A stretch of DNA of 63,873 bases, filler included, from Psammoneis japonica (lineage: Eukaryota), in NCBI GenBank assembly GCA_008632985.1. It is 4 parts of 3 records of this genome, joined end to end, with 100 filler letters (N's around TTAATTAATTAA, not from the genome) between each part and the next. Parts side by side here need not be neighbours in the genome. Positions count along the whole stretch, not along the records: positions 53,020 to 63,873 come from QPGO01000249.1; 3 more parts are not named here. One strand, 5' to 3'. How positions within the stretch are numbered: position 1 is the stretch's first letter; the number at the start of each line of letters is the position of its first letter. The translations under genes and the position numbers were made by a program. Below the pieces are notes generated by a model, which was not told the DNA's origin, ran no database searches, and worked only from the letters and a program-made list of their open reading frames with translations. Below are positions 62,162 through 63,873 of this stretch, piece after piece.

Positions 62162-62282
62162 GCACCAGCTTTTGTGGCACCAAAAAATGGGTGCCGGGGG
62201 CTTTTGTGGCACAAAAAAAATGAGCGCTGGCTTTTGCGGCACCAAAAAATGGGTGCCAGCTTTTGTGGCACCAAAAATGGGC
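62162..62282. repeat. About 30-bp minisatellite x4
   Basis: gcttttgtggcaccaaaaaatgggtgcc units with an internal GGCACC/GGTGCC inverted repeat. Confidence 0.9.
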
Positions 62283-63873
62283 TTGGATGACAACTTTGCA
62301 GCTCTGTCTCTTGATGAGATGGTGGCCTGAGGACGAGCCCTGCTTGTGCCACGTGATGCTTGCACCAGTGCAGTGCAACACAAACAAAAGCAAACATTGT
62401 GGGAAGGCCCTGCTGTGGATTTGATGAAGATCAAACTGGCCGGCTTTTCATCATTTTTGGAGAAGTTCATGACTTCAAGCTCAAATGAATCTGCAACAAA
62501 CAGCCTGTTGACCAAGCAAAACATGCCAAATGAAATGTCGCAGACACGCATTTTAAATGACATCCTTGTCTTGTTCATGCACCATCAGATGCTGTCCAAG
62601 AAACCTTTTGGCAACAAGCTGCTCTCTGCAAGCATGAATCAAACACAAGGAGGAGGACGAGGCTTCTTCAGCAACAGCAGCAAGATGCTCATCAAGTGTG
62701 TGGCCATTGGTTTGGATGCTGGCCTTGTTGGATGCAATGCATGTGCCGTGCAGCGTGACAAACAGGAGTGGCAAAAGAGTGCCATGATGCTCAAAGGGGT
62801 GATGTGGATGCCACTTCACACCACTGTTGAACAGCACATGGAAATGATTCAGCAGGCAGCTCATCTCCAAAAATGAGAACAACAAGGATTTGACCTAGAG
62901 CGAAATTGGATTGGTCTGTTGCTGCACAACATTTTCAAAAATGCGCACTGCCAGGACATGAACATTGAAGAGTGGTGTCACAAGCAAGGAACCGAACTTG
63001 CGATTCCCAACTTGATGGTGTCAATGAAATGGCAGATTGATGATGATGCAATCTGTGCTGCCAGGATGACCACAACAGCGGGGACACATTTGCTTCAGGT
63101 TGAGGTGTTGAAAGTTTGTCCCACTGACAACCGCCGCAATGACAGCGGTGAAAGCACAGAGGAGCAAACAGGCTGCAACTGCCATGTCATCAGGTTGGAT
63201 GATGACAAGAACGCAATTGCTGCCAGATGTGGCAGCCTTGCTGGCCAGGTGGAAAGCTCTGGCCCTGGTTTCTCCTGTGACTTTGAAAACTGCTCGGGCT
63301 GTTCGTCATGGAAGAATCAGTCATTGTCGGTGCACTGTGCACTCTGCACCCCCACGAACCCAAACAAGTGCCGCAGTTGATTTTTGTGAAGTTCACTTTG
63401 TGCCAGTCTCTGGCCTGCATTCCATCTTGCTTCTGACTTTTAAAGACTCGAGGGAAAGTTGGCATTCAATCATTTGTGCTTGCGACCTTGTCCTTTTTTC
63501 ATCATGCTGCAACAAAGCATCGTGGACTCATTTTCCTTCTTCTTCCTAAGATGCAACATGCTGTGCTGTTGATTGTGTTCTTTTGCAACAGCAGCATTTA
63601 CACTCAAACTTTAAGCCTGATGCAGATGAAATGCTTCCTGATTGACTGACCATGAACAAACCAGAATCCAGGAAAGATTGAAGATTGGATCTCATCAGAT
63701 CGATCGACCCTGAAACAAAGCTCGTCGCATCACCACAATGGACTCTTAAGTCTGATTGCGTGTTCAATAATTGCAACCAGGAAGAAGCAAGAACATGCTC
63801 CCAACTTTTCCCACTGTGTGATGTGCTGCATGTTGGCCCCTCGCCACCTGCGTTCTATCTGCACAACGAACTC

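Noticed and set aside
62162..62282. Possible CRISPR array
   Set aside because: Units are contiguous with no unique spacers, there are no cas genes and the context is eukaryotic.

Overview
Eukaryotic, transposon-rich DNA, most likely a pennate diatom (inferred from a CoDi-type copia element, a diatom-type 7TM receptor, an NTT transporter and a ShK-P4H gene). The window joins four contigs with artificial N-TTAATTAATTAA-N linkers and has one further N gap. Intact-looking genes: a GPCR-like protein, a CAF16/ABCI-type ATPase, a DCC1-family oxidoreductase, NRAMP (cut by a contig end) and a spliced protein with a C-terminal double RRSxR motif. Pseudogenes: two DBP4/DDX10 copies, an NTT, a P4H and a kinase. 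Mobile elements: a CRE-like LINE, an Ambal-like LINE relic, a CoDi copia relic, a MULE-like transposase with an embedded 3'-5' exonuclease, a Crypton-like tyrosine recombinase and a 438-bp TRIM. Three observations stand out. (1) Sharply bounded multi-kb domains have lost almost all TpA, apparently by A>G in 5'-TAY-3' (T>C in RTA on the other strand). Conserved Tyr codons become Cys or His, surviving TAs are mostly YTAR, and the process is separable from CpG decay. This suggests a RIP-like, adenine-directed genome-defence mutagenesis. (2) The DCC1 gene has an in-frame TGA at the second Cys of DGxCxxC and a SECIS-like 3' hairpin, so it is probably a CxxU selenoprotein. (3) The TRIM carries a tRNA-like Pol III promoter. 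All counts are by eye and no database searches were run.
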